Shown here piece after piece: positions 1 through 8,343 of a DNA stretch of 64,000 nt (the first letter of the stretch is position 1; every line of letters starts with the position of its first letter). The stretch covers positions 4,832,001-4,896,000 of the forward strand of contig CBDBGH010000003.1 of assembly GCA_965205265.1 (NCBI GenBank), read 5' to 3'. The notes below the pieces were generated by a model. The model was not told where the DNA came from and made no database searches. It saw only the letters and a list, made by a program, of their open reading frames with translations. The stretch comes from Alphaproteobacteria bacterium. GTDB lineage: Bacteria > Pseudomonadota > Alphaproteobacteria > Bin95. A program made the translations under genes and the position numbers.

Positions 1-10
1 TTTATCCGAC

Positions 11-1237
11 ATGTTTCAGACCTGCGCGGTGCTTGCGCCGGCGGCAGCGGGATTCCGGGACGGCTGCGTCCTGGGATCCAGGGCATCGGCGCGGAAACAG
101 GGCGCGGCGGTTGACCATCGGGACGCGGTATATGTGCGGATGATGCTGCTGGGCGGGTGGGGCCTGTTCGGGGCGGGCTATGCGTTCAGTGGACTGTCGG
201 GTTGGTCATTGTTGCTCATGACAGGCGCCGCCCACCTGTCGGGCTTCCTGATGTGTCGCCTGGTTCTGCAGAAGGCATGGCCGGGTCCCTGGGTAGAGCC
301 GGGGGGGGCAGGCAGCAGGCGTTGGGAGGTGCTGGGCCTTCTGGGTGCCGTGGCAGGGCTGTTGCTGGCCGCTGCGACGGTGCTTCTGGAGCCAGGGAGC
401 GTTGTGGGGCGGTCAATGGCAGAGGCGTTCGATCAGCGGGGGATCGGTCTTCCGGGCCTGGAGGGGTTCACGGGGGTCCCGGGCGGGATGAGTGTCGCAT
501 TGGCCGGTGGCGGCCTGCTCGCTCTCGGCGTGAAGGACGGCTGCATGGCCTGTGTCCGCTCGCCGCAGGATCCCGCGTTCGGGATTCTGGTGCTTCCAGC
601 GAGCCGGAAGGAAGCGTGCGGGGCCGCGCTGGCGCGATGCCTCTCGGTAGCGCTCGTGCTCGTGGCTGCGGGCGCAGGGTCGTCGGGAATGGGGGCTCTC
701 TCGACTGCGCTTGTCGTTGCGGGGTTCGGTATCTCGATGTGGCTGATTGCCCATCCGGGGAATTGGATAAGAGGCGTTCTGGGGTTCGGCTACTGGCTGG
801 TGACCGCGGTCACCGCGGCAATGACGCTTGTGCTGGCCGTGTGCATCAGGGGGCAGGCCAGCCCGGAAATCTCCTTCGCCGCAACGGCAGCGGCCGTCTT
901 CGCGGCGTATCTGGGGATAGCGTGCGCAGGCGCGCTTGCGGGCCTGTGCATGCGCAGGGCAGGAGTGCCGGTCTCCGCATCCGTGTGGCGCGGCTATGCC
1001 CGGCTTCCGGCGGCGGCGCTCCTGGCAGTGCTGTTGTATTTCGGGCTGCTTGTCGCGAGCGGGGAGTCGGGAATGCAGCTATCCGGTGAGTGGTGGTGGC
1101 CTGCCATCGCGATGTTTGTCCTGGCGCCGGCATTTCTGGCGGTGACGGCCTTTTGCGACGGGTTGTGGCTGGCGGCCCGGGACGGCGGTGGCTGTCCCGC
1201 CTATACCGGCCTGGCCGGGTCGGGAAGCCGCGCATGA
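11..1237 (+). CDS. Hypothetical multi-pass membrane protein
   Basis: 408-aa ORF with many hydrophobic segments; stop overlaps next start (ATGA 1234-1237). Start uncertain near window edge. Confidence 0.6.
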   Translation: MFQTCAVLAPAAAGFRDGCVLGSRASARKQGAAVDHRDAVYVRMMLLGGWGLFGAGYAFSGLSGWSLLLMTGAAHLSGFLMCRLVLQKAWPGPWVEPGGAGSRRWEVLGLLGAVAGLLLAAATVLLEPGSVVGRSMAEAFDQRGIGLPGLEGFTGVPGGMSVALAGGGLLALGVKDGCMACVRSPQDPAFGILVLPASRKEACGAALARCLSVALVLVAAGAGSSGMGALSTALVVAGFGISMWLIAHPGNWIRGVLGFGYWLVTAVTAAMTLVLAVCIRGQASPEISFAATAAAVFAAYLGIACAGALAGLCMRRAGVPVSASVWRGYARLPAAALLAVLLYFGLLVASGESGMQLSGEWWWPAIAMFVLAPAFLAVTAFCDGLWLAARDGGGCPAYTGLAGSGSRA

Positions 1238-2436
1238 CTGTCCCGGGAGGCAGGGCCGCGCGGGTCGTGCTGCTGGCGGCCGCGATCGGGTCGCCGGCTG
1301 CGGTCGGGACCGCCCCGGCGCAGGAGGGCGGCTGGTCGCCCGGCTTCCTCAGATATGTGGACGGCGGGCCGAACAGCCAGGCCCTGGCCTCGGGACACGG
1401 GGCTGTGTTGCGGGGCATCTACGGGGATGCCCCGCTTGAGGTGGCGGTGCAGGATTTCGATCAGGATGGGGATCCCGAATATATCGTTCGGCACCTCAGC
1501 AACTGCGAGACGCTGACCGGCCATGCGAGCCGCGGCCTGATCGCGGTATGTCCCTGGACCGTGATTGACCGGCGCGGCGGACGCATGGCGGAGGTGCTGC
1601 GCGAAAGCGGCTGGCGTTCGCGCAGCCTGGTGCGGGATGGCCATACGGTCGGTTTCAGCCTGGACGGCCTCAATTGGATCGGGAGCCCGGACCATCCCGG
1701 GCATATGCTTGGTGTCGTGGATCCGGTGATTTGGGGGGGCCGGATCGAGGAGCATGCGCTGGAGCTGCTGGAGAGCCAATTCGGGACCGTGCATGAGTTC
1801 AGGGTCGCCGAATTGGAGGTCGCGTCGCGCAAGGTCCTGCTTGCCCATGACCGCGGCGGCGGCGCGAGCGCGGTCTGGGCGCTGTTCCACAACGGGCGGC
1901 TGCTGCAGGCCGGCCGCGCGAGGGGAGAGCCCCTGCCGGCCATTTCCCGGTTGGGGATGCTGCGGTTGAACGACAGTGCGACCGGCAAGGAGTTGTCGCG
2001 GATCATGTTTCCATTGACCGAAGGCACCTGGTGGTTTCTCTGGGAGCGGCCCGTGATGCCGGCAGGCTGGAGGCCTTTGAGGGCGAAGGAACAGCGTAAT
2101 GTCGTGGACGACCCCGACGGCCTTTGGTTGCCGGGGGAACTGCGCGACACGGGCGAGGCGTCCGCGATCTGGCGCAGCGCGACGGTTCTCGAGGACGGGA
2201 GGCGCCTGGTGCTCTCCTGGCTGTCGGGACGATGCGGCACCCTGGCCTGTTCGGTGCGCGGACGTCTCGAGTCACGCGCGGGAAACCGCCGGGTGCTGTT
2301 CGACGGGGAGAGGACCGGGCGCGCCTGTGTGGCCGATCCGCATTCCCTGGCCCTGTCATTTGCAGGAGGCGCCTTGCGCCTTTGGGCGTGCGATCGGGCC
2401 CTTTTGCTGGCTGCGGAGAAGGGAGGAGGCGCATGA
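1234..2436 (+). CDS. Hypothetical secreted protein
   Basis: ATGA-coupled start; signal-peptide-like N-terminus; DFDQDGDPEY Ca-binding/FG-GAP-like motif; several Cys. Confidence 0.6.
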   Translation: MTVPGGRAARVVLLAAAIGSPAAVGTAPAQEGGWSPGFLRYVDGGPNSQALASGHGAVLRGIYGDAPLEVAVQDFDQDGDPEYIVRHLSNCETLTGHASRGLIAVCPWTVIDRRGGRMAEVLRESGWRSRSLVRDGHTVGFSLDGLNWIGSPDHPGHMLGVVDPVIWGGRIEEHALELLESQFGTVHEFRVAELEVASRKVLLAHDRGGGASAVWALFHNGRLLQAGRARGEPLPAISRLGMLRLNDSATGKELSRIMFPLTEGTWWFLWERPVMPAGWRPLRAKEQRNVVDDPDGLWLPGELRDTGEASAIWRSATVLEDGRRLVLSWLSGRCGTLACSVRGRLESRAGNRRVLFDGERTGRACVADPHSLALSFAGGALRLWACDRALLLAAEKGGGA

Positions 2437-2975
2437 CGGTGTTCCGCGCCATGGTCCTGGCGGCGGCTCTGCTGTGGCCGGGGTCCGGAGGCGCCATCGA
2501 GGCCGTTGACCTGGAGCGGGCCGGCCTGTCACCGGAGATGGCGGCCTGGGCGATGACGTCGGTGCGCGGCGAATGGACTTCGGTAGGCGCCTATGGGCAG
2601 CTGGGGGCCTTTGGTATCCCGCTTGCCGGCATCGGGGGATACCGGATCGGTCCCGGAAGGTTTCTGGAAGACCGCAATGCGCAGGTGAGGCTTTGGCTTG
2701 GCCGTGAGCGCAGGATCTGGGATGTCGTGGTGCGTACGGGCCTCGATGAGGTGCTGGTGGGGAGGGAACTGTGCCACGAGGGCCGGTGCGCCACCATGAC
2801 GGCATCGTCCCTGATTGCGGTATGCCGGGATGGATGTGCGGGCCCGGAAAGTCCGGCGCGGCGATGGATGAGGGCTGTCGAATGCGACGGGCCGGAGATG
2901 GGAAGGATTTGCCGTGTGGCGATCGCCACTGCGGGCCGCGCAGTCGGTGAAATCACGGGGGGAGCCCGCAGATGA
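2433..2975 (+). CDS. Hypothetical secreted Cys-containing protein
   Basis: ATGA overlap at 2433-2436; MTVFRAMVLAAALLWPG signal peptide. Confidence 0.55.
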   Translation: MTVFRAMVLAAALLWPGSGGAIEAVDLERAGLSPEMAAWAMTSVRGEWTSVGAYGQLGAFGIPLAGIGGYRIGPGRFLEDRNAQVRLWLGRERRIWDVVVRTGLDEVLVGRELCHEGRCATMTASSLIAVCRDGCAGPESPARRWMRAVECDGPEMGRICRVAIATAGRAVGEITGGARR

Positions 2976-3622
2976 GGCGGATGGTCTGGTGCGTGGCTGC
3001 CGCGGTCGTCGCGCTCGGCGGGCCGGCCGGGGCGGAACAGGAAAGGGTTTCTTCCGAACGCGAACGCCCGCCGGCGACCGGCAGCGGGTTGCGTTACGAA
3101 TATCATGGCGCGGTCGGCGTGTACCGTTTCGTGCCGGTCTGCCCGACCTGCAGTGCGGGACGGTACAAACCGGTCGATCATCGGCCCGGGGCCGGCCTGG
3201 AGGAGGGACGTATTCCACGGGCGGCGGAAGCGGTCGGAGCGCCGATGGCGACTTCATTGACCCCGTTGGCGTCTCCGGAAGGCGCCCTGACGGCGGGCGC
3301 CCCCAGGGGAGCGGGAGAGGAGCGCGAGGGCCGCGGGCCGCCGCCGCGGAATGTGTTGCATGAGCCGGAGAGGGTTGCAGGCAGCCCATCGGGAATCGGG
3401 CCGGCGGCTCGTCCTGGCACGACGGTTCCGGGTGATCGGAGCAGGAAGGTGCCGCCGCCCGGCCTGCGCGTTCACTCCGGAGACCGGGTTGAAGGCCCGG
3501 TCGGGGACGGCGGCGTGATCCGTTACAGGAGGAAGCCGGTCATCCGTTATGAAGGCCCGGCGCGGGCTCCGGATCCGCCCCGTGTCTGGCGTGTGGGCCC
3601 CGGGTTTCTGATCGAGGGATGA
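2972..3622 (+). CDS. Hypothetical secreted protein
   Basis: ATGA overlap at 2972-2975; signal peptide MRRMVWCVAAAVVALGG; CPTC motif. Confidence 0.5.
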   Translation: MRRMVWCVAAAVVALGGPAGAEQERVSSERERPPATGSGLRYEYHGAVGVYRFVPVCPTCSAGRYKPVDHRPGAGLEEGRIPRAAEAVGAPMATSLTPLASPEGALTAGAPRGAGEEREGRGPPPRNVLHEPERVAGSPSGIGPAARPGTTVPGDRSRKVPPPGLRVHSGDRVEGPVGDGGVIRYRRKPVIRYEGPARAPDPPRVWRVGPGFLIEG

Positions 3623-3764
3623 GCCCCTCGGCCGCCGGCCGGAGAGCGAATGCCGCAATGCCGGGATTGGCAAGGGATTCGACGCCGCCGCCGGAAGGCT
3701 GGCGGGCGAGACCCGCGGAAGGGAAGGCCGGTATCCGGGCCACGCAAAAAAAATCCGGGCGGGC

Positions 3765-3773
3765 TGTGGATTA
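3765..3773 (-). promoter_or_regulatory. Possible DnaA box upstream of dnaA
   Basis: TGTGGATTA = reverse complement TAATCCACA, one mismatch to TTATCCACA, ~150 bp upstream of dnaA. Confidence 0.35.
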
Positions 3774-3920
3774 TAGGAAATGCCATAGGCTTCAAGAGTA
3801 TGCATGGAGTTGTTGCGAGCGGGGATCAGGCAGTACGCGGCGCGTCAGGATTCATTTGGACCGGGGCGCGGGGTAGAGTGGCCGTCTTCCCGATGAGAAT
3901 GACCCGGGTGGAGAGGCAGG

Positions 3921-5315
3921 ATGCAGGTGCAGGCAGGGCTCGCGGTTCAGGAAGTCTATACACCCGCATCGCGTGACGGGATCTGGGTCAAGGTTCTGGG
4001 GCGCCTTCGTTCGGAGTACGGGGAGGGGATCTACCGCTCCTGGTTCTGCCGGATGAACTGTGAGTGCCGCGGTGAATCGGGTGTGGCGATCATCCTGCCG
4101 ACCAGGTTCATGCGCGACCGGATCGAAAAGCAGTATGGCGACCGGATCCGGGAGCTGTGGATCGAAGAGGATCCTTCGGTCACCGAGATCCGCTATGTCG
4201 CGCGGTCTGTCATGCGCATGGCCGCGCCTCGGCCCGCGGCGGCGGCATTCAGGCCGCCGGGTGCGGAAAACGGGATGGGCACGATCCCGTTGCGCGGCAC
4301 GATGACGTTCGGGAACTTCGTGCGGGCGCCATCGAACGACATGGCGTTCCGGGCCTGCCTGCGCGCTGCGGAAGCCGGCGGTCCGGCGGAAGGCGCCAAT
4401 CCCATCTATCTGTGCGGCCTGCAGGGCATGGGGAAGACCCATCTCCTGCATGCCGCGGCACAGGAAGTGGGGGGGCGGTTCCCCGGGAAAAAGGTGCTGT
4501 TCCTCGATATCGACTGCTTCATGACGGCGTTCGTGGCATCCCTGAAAGCGAAGACGACGGACGGATTCAAGGCCTGGCTGCGCTCGGCGGACTGGCTGAT
4601 ATTCGACGATCTGCAATTTCTCGCGACCCGCGGCGAGCGCACGCGCGAGGAATTCTTCTCGATGCTCAATGCCCTGGTCATGCACGGAAGCCAGGTTCTG
4701 TTGGCGGCCGATACGCTGCCCAGCGATCTCAATGGCGTGGAGGCGAGGTTGCGCTCGCGCCTGGGGGCCGGGCTGGTCGTCAGGATCATGCCGGCGGAAG
4801 CGGAACTGCGCGCGGAATTCGTGCGGCGCCGCTCACGGGGCGTCCTTCCGCGGGAGGTGCTCGACTTCGTGTCCAGGCGGGTGACGCGCAGCGTGCGCGA
4901 GCTGGGGGGAGCGCTGAACCGCCTGGAGCACCATGTCATGCTGCTCAGGGAAGGCATGGACGTGGACAAGGCGAAACAGGTACTCGAGGACCTGATCTGC
5001 GACGAGGGCGATATGGTCGACGTCAGGGCGCTCCAGGAGCTGGTGTGCGGGCATTACGGCATCTCCATGGAGGAGATGGCCGAGAAGACGCGCACCCGGC
5101 GTGTCGCGAGACCCCGGCAGATTGCAATGTTCCTGGCGAAGCGCCACACCTCGCTGTCGCTGCCGGAGATCGGGCGCCGCTTCGGGCGCGACCATACGAC
5201 GGTGATGCACGGCTGCCGCATCATTGAGCAGCTGATCGAGCAGGACATCGCCATCGCGGACGATGTGGAGCGGCTCGACGCGATGATCGCGTCGGGGCAG
5301 GGGGTGGCGGCGTAA
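3921..5315 (+). CDS. dnaA: Chromosomal replication initiator DnaA homolog
   Basis: Domain I (IYRSWF...LPTRFMRDRI), Walker A GLQGMGKTHLL, Walker B IFDDLQFL, RLRSRL, RELGGALNRL, domain IV RQIAMFLA...SLPEIGRRFGRDHTTVMHG. Confidence 0.95.
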   Translation: MQVQAGLAVQEVYTPASRDGIWVKVLGRLRSEYGEGIYRSWFCRMNCECRGESGVAIILPTRFMRDRIEKQYGDRIRELWIEEDPSVTEIRYVARSVMRMAAPRPAAAAFRPPGAENGMGTIPLRGTMTFGNFVRAPSNDMAFRACLRAAEAGGPAEGANPIYLCGLQGMGKTHLLHAAAQEVGGRFPGKKVLFLDIDCFMTAFVASLKAKTTDGFKAWLRSADWLIFDDLQFLATRGERTREEFFSMLNALVMHGSQVLLAADTLPSDLNGVEARLRSRLGAGLVVRIMPAEAELRAEFVRRRSRGVLPREVLDFVSRRVTRSVRELGGALNRLEHHVMLLREGMDVDKAKQVLEDLICDEGDMVDVRALQELVCGHYGISMEEMAEKTRTRRVARPRQIAMFLAKRHTSLSLPEIGRRFGRDHTTVMHGCRIIEQLIEQDIAIADDVERLDAMIASGQGVAA

Positions 5316-5450
5316 ACGCCGGACGGGGCGCTTCCCGGCTCTCCCTGTTTCTTCGGAAATTGGATCCTGCAGCGGGCTCGGAGCCCGCGGCTGGCGGAAT
5401 CCGCGGTATCGGTCCGGCCTCCGGAAGCGCCCGACAGGCGCCTTGCCCGA

Positions 5451-5480
5451 ACAATCCGCTTTACAAGATAATCGGATTAT
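5451..5480. promoter_or_regulatory. Tandem ACAATCNGATTGT-like boxes (17-bp period), site 1
   Basis: ACAATCCGCTTTA at 5451 and ATAATCGGATTAT at 5468, upstream of the lipoprotein operon. Confidence 0.65.
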
Positions 5481-5742
5481 TGTAATTATCAAGTTGGCAT
5501 ATACCCGGGCGGCGGCTGGAAGCGGGCGCCCGGGGGAAATCCAGAGGAGGAGACTGTATGGGTATTCCGGTCCGCGCTGTAAGACGGTGCGGTATTCCGG
5601 CGCTGATGCTCTGCATGCTGGCGCTGGGAGCGTGCGGGGAGACGATGTCGGACGTTGCTGCACGCGAACATGCCCGTATAGGGCAGAAGATCGAGGCGCT
5701 TGCCACGGCCATTCGCGAGGGTGCACGTCGTATTTGTGAGAT

Positions 5743-7125
5743 TCATGGTATTGCGCCGGCTCGTCGTTCCCAGAAGTCGTCGAAGCGATTGCTCTCGACG
5801 GCGCAGCGCAGGGCGATGATGGCGTTGGCGCCGTTGACGGTCCAGCGCATACCTCCCTGCTTGAGGCGGGCGCCGACGATGTTCTTGCAGCCGCCCTCGA
5901 CCACGCCGCTGGCCACGCACAAGCCCATCGCGCGGAACTTCGGGTAGTTCATGCGCTCGCGGTTGTTGGAGAAGTACTCGGCGTTCTTCCGGGCGTTCTC
6001 GCAAGTTTCGGCATGGCCCTTGAGGGCGGCGATCACCTCGTCGACGCGGCCCTCGTCGAGTTCCTCGCGCCGCTTCCCGGCCCATCGCTCACCGATCTCG
6101 CTGCCGATCCCGTAGATCGCCTTGGCTGCGTCGAACAGGTGGCCCTTGGCATGGAAGATGTCGACGATCTGGATGGCGTCGGGGAAGTGCTCATCGGCGA
6201 AGTTCCAGATCCACGGCGCGCCGTCGCCGAGGATGACCCGGCGCTCGGCCGTGTCGAAGCCGCGGCGTTCGGCCTCGCGGATGACACGCCGGGCGAAGGG
6301 CGCGGGCTCGGGGTCGAACTCGCGGGTGGCGATGGATTCGATGGCGGCGTTGTAGGTGGCGGAGCCGGGATCGCGCACCGGACGCCCCTCCCTGTCGACG
6401 GTCTCCGCCGACCACACGACGGCGAGCTTGGCCTCGCGGGTGCTGGCGGAGCCGTCGGGCTGCTTGCCCGCGCGGCCCTCGACCTCGGTCTTGCGCGCCG
6501 GCACGCCGGTGCCGTCGAGGCCGAGATAGAGGGTGGGGGCGTCGGACGGCTCGGGTTCGATCACGCGGCATTCGTCGCCTGCGATCTCTCGCCCGAGCGC
6601 CTCGGCATGGCGTTCGACCGTCTTCGGCGCGACAGCCAGGCCTGCCAGTTCGCGCAACAGGGCGCTGGAGCCCTCGAAGCTGGTACGGGCAGCAGCAACG
6701 CCGATCATGCGCAGCGCCGCCGGTGAGAGGAAAGTATCTTCCATGCCGAGGGTTCGATCACGCGGGCTGAAGCCGCGGTGGCAACGGTCGCAGTGATACC
6801 AGGCGCGCTCCAGCGTCAGAGGGCCGAGAGCGGTGGTGAAGGTCTTGGGCCGGCGGCCGGCGAAGCGCGCCTCGCCGCCGCACGCACACGACAGCCACGG
6901 TCCCCGGTTGTCGGAACGGTCGGCATTGAGCCTGTGGGCGACGGCCTGCCCCATGATCTGCAACGCAACCCGCCGCGCTTCGATCTCGATCGCCTGGAAG
7001 TCATCGACGACGCCCGCGCCGATCAGCCACTCGACCTCGGCCTCGACCTCCTCCGCGATCGCTGCGTCGAGACCCCCCTTTTTCCCGGCGCGGCCGGCTT
7101 GTCCGCGTCCAGCCTGGCATCGCAT
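5743..7125 (-). CDS. ISKra4/ISLre2-type DDE transposase, catalytic ORF
   Basis: LGLDGTGVP, ILGDGAPWIWN, IVDIFHA, SGVVEGGCKNIVGARLKQGGMRW; CxC and CxxC zinc motifs. Confidence 0.9.
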   Translation of the reverse strand: MRCQAGRGQAGRAGKKGGLDAAIAEEVEAEVEWLIGAGVVDDFQAIEIEARRVALQIMGQAVAHRLNADRSDNRGPWLSCACGGEARFAGRRPKTFTTALGPLTLERAWYHCDRCHRGFSPRDRTLGMEDTFLSPAALRMIGVAAARTSFEGSSALLRELAGLAVAPKTVERHAEALGREIAGDECRVIEPEPSDAPTLYLGLDGTGVPARKTEVEGRAGKQPDGSASTREAKLAVVWSAETVDREGRPVRDPGSATYNAAIESIATREFDPEPAPFARRVIREAERRGFDTAERRVILGDGAPWIWNFADEHFPDAIQIVDIFHAKGHLFDAAKAIYGIGSEIGERWAGKRREELDEGRVDEVIAALKGHAETCENARKNAEYFSNNRERMNYPKFRAMGLCVASGVVEGGCKNIVGARLKQGGMRWTVNGANAIIALRCAVESNRFDDFWERRAGAIP

Positions 7126-7442
7126 ATCCGGCCGCTGACCTCGACAAGCGCGCGCACCAGACCGCGAAGCCGCTGGTATTCCGCGATCTGCGCCCGCGTT
7201 CCCTCAATGGCGTCGGCGGGAACGGTGCGGCCGCGGGACTTCCCCGTCTCCCTGTCCGGCCAGGTCAACAACCAGTAGGGGCCATGCCCCTGCGCCCCCT
7301 CGACCGCGCAATGGCAGTTCGGTTTGCCGCACTTGCGGTACTGTGCCCTGAGCGAACCCTGACGGAGGTCGCCGATGCCCGCAATCTCCCGCAGCAGCTC
7401 GCCACGCTGTTCGACGAGGCCGTCGTGATCGGTCCTGGCCAT
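7023..7442 (-). CDS. Transposase upstream ORF (DUF6788-like), probably fused by frameshift
   Basis: GSL...RKCGKPNCHC...GHGPYW motif; overlaps the next ORF across a GAAAAAGGGGGG slippery run (~7073-7086). Confidence 0.75.
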   Translation of the reverse strand: MARTDHDGLVEQRGELLREIAGIGDLRQGSLRAQYRKCGKPNCHCAVEGAQGHGPYWLLTWPDRETGKSRGRTVPADAIEGTRAQIAEYQRLRGLVRALVEVSGRICDARLDADKPAAPGKRGVSTQRSRRRSRPRSSG

Positions 7443-8343
7443 GTCCGCCTCCATCTGCCCCCCGAATATAAGAAACAGATATCGTGGCGGAACCATGGCA
7501 TTTCTCAACCTCGCAAAATCAGGACGTGCACCCCATTCGCGACGGTCACTTGACAAAGGGCCGGATGATCGGCCACTATGCCGACAGGCTCGACAAGGAG
7601 AAGCCGGAGCACAAGTCCTTGGTCGCGGAACTCCGCAAGGAGGCGACTGTCGAGGGGCTGGCGTTCACGAACCTGAAGAAGCGTTTCGAAGGGGTGCCGA
7701 GGAAACCGGCGAATGACGCTGAGGCGAAACAGGCGCTCGACAGTCTCGCCCGTCTCGAAGTTGCGGCCGACCCGGGCGTGTTCGATGACGGCCTCGCCGA
7801 CATCGTGAATGTCCTTGCCGGTCTGTCCGGCGGGACCTTGCCCAGAATCGAGGGGGCGGTGCACGAGAAGACGCCGGAGGCCGGCGCCGGGAGCTATCTG
7901 GTCGGCAATCCCGCCTATGGCCAGTGGAGACAGAGCTCTTCCGGAACGAGCTTCTGGGAGTTCTACGGCCAGTATGCGCTGTTCCGCGACGTTTTGTGGG
8001 GCGGGCCGTCCTGGACACAGGACCGCTGGTACCGCGACCGCGGCTGGAGCTTTTACGGCGACCGTGGCCGGCACTATTACGGTTCGCGGGCGAGCCAGAA
8101 CCAGTGGTCGACAGTCGAAAGGCGCAATCCGCAAGTGCCGAAAAAGACCTTCCGGTCGACGGCGTCCGAAAGGCGCGTCTCGACCTATGGGAAAACCGCC
8201 GACAGGAAAGCCGGCACGGTGACGAGGCGGGCGAACGCGCATTCCGGGTACGGGGCCTCGGTCCGCGGCACGACGATACGCCGGACCAGCAGCTGGGGCG
8301 GCCGGAGCGGCAAGTAAGGGTTCAGGGGAAAGGAACTGGAACG

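Larger units (their letters stand above)
5719..7533 (-). mobile_element. ISKra4-like insertion sequence
   Basis: TIR GGGTGCACGTC (5719) / GACGTGCACCC (ends 7533); 9-bp TSD CATTCGCGA at 5710-5718 and 7534-7542. Confidence 0.9.
5558..8317 (+). pseudogene. Lipoprotein of the DUF350/spermidine synthase operon, interrupted by an ISKra4-like element
   Basis: Lipobox LALGAC in the 5' part; removing 5719-7533 plus one TSD copy gives in-frame ...ALATAIRDGHLTKGRMIGHY...; Gly/Arg/Ser-rich end (GGRSGK). Confidence 0.85.

Noticed and set aside
5316-5557. Replication origin downstream of dnaA
   Set aside because: Only a short AT-rich patch and no cluster of DnaA boxes; the same motif occurs at five other sites, which favours an operator.
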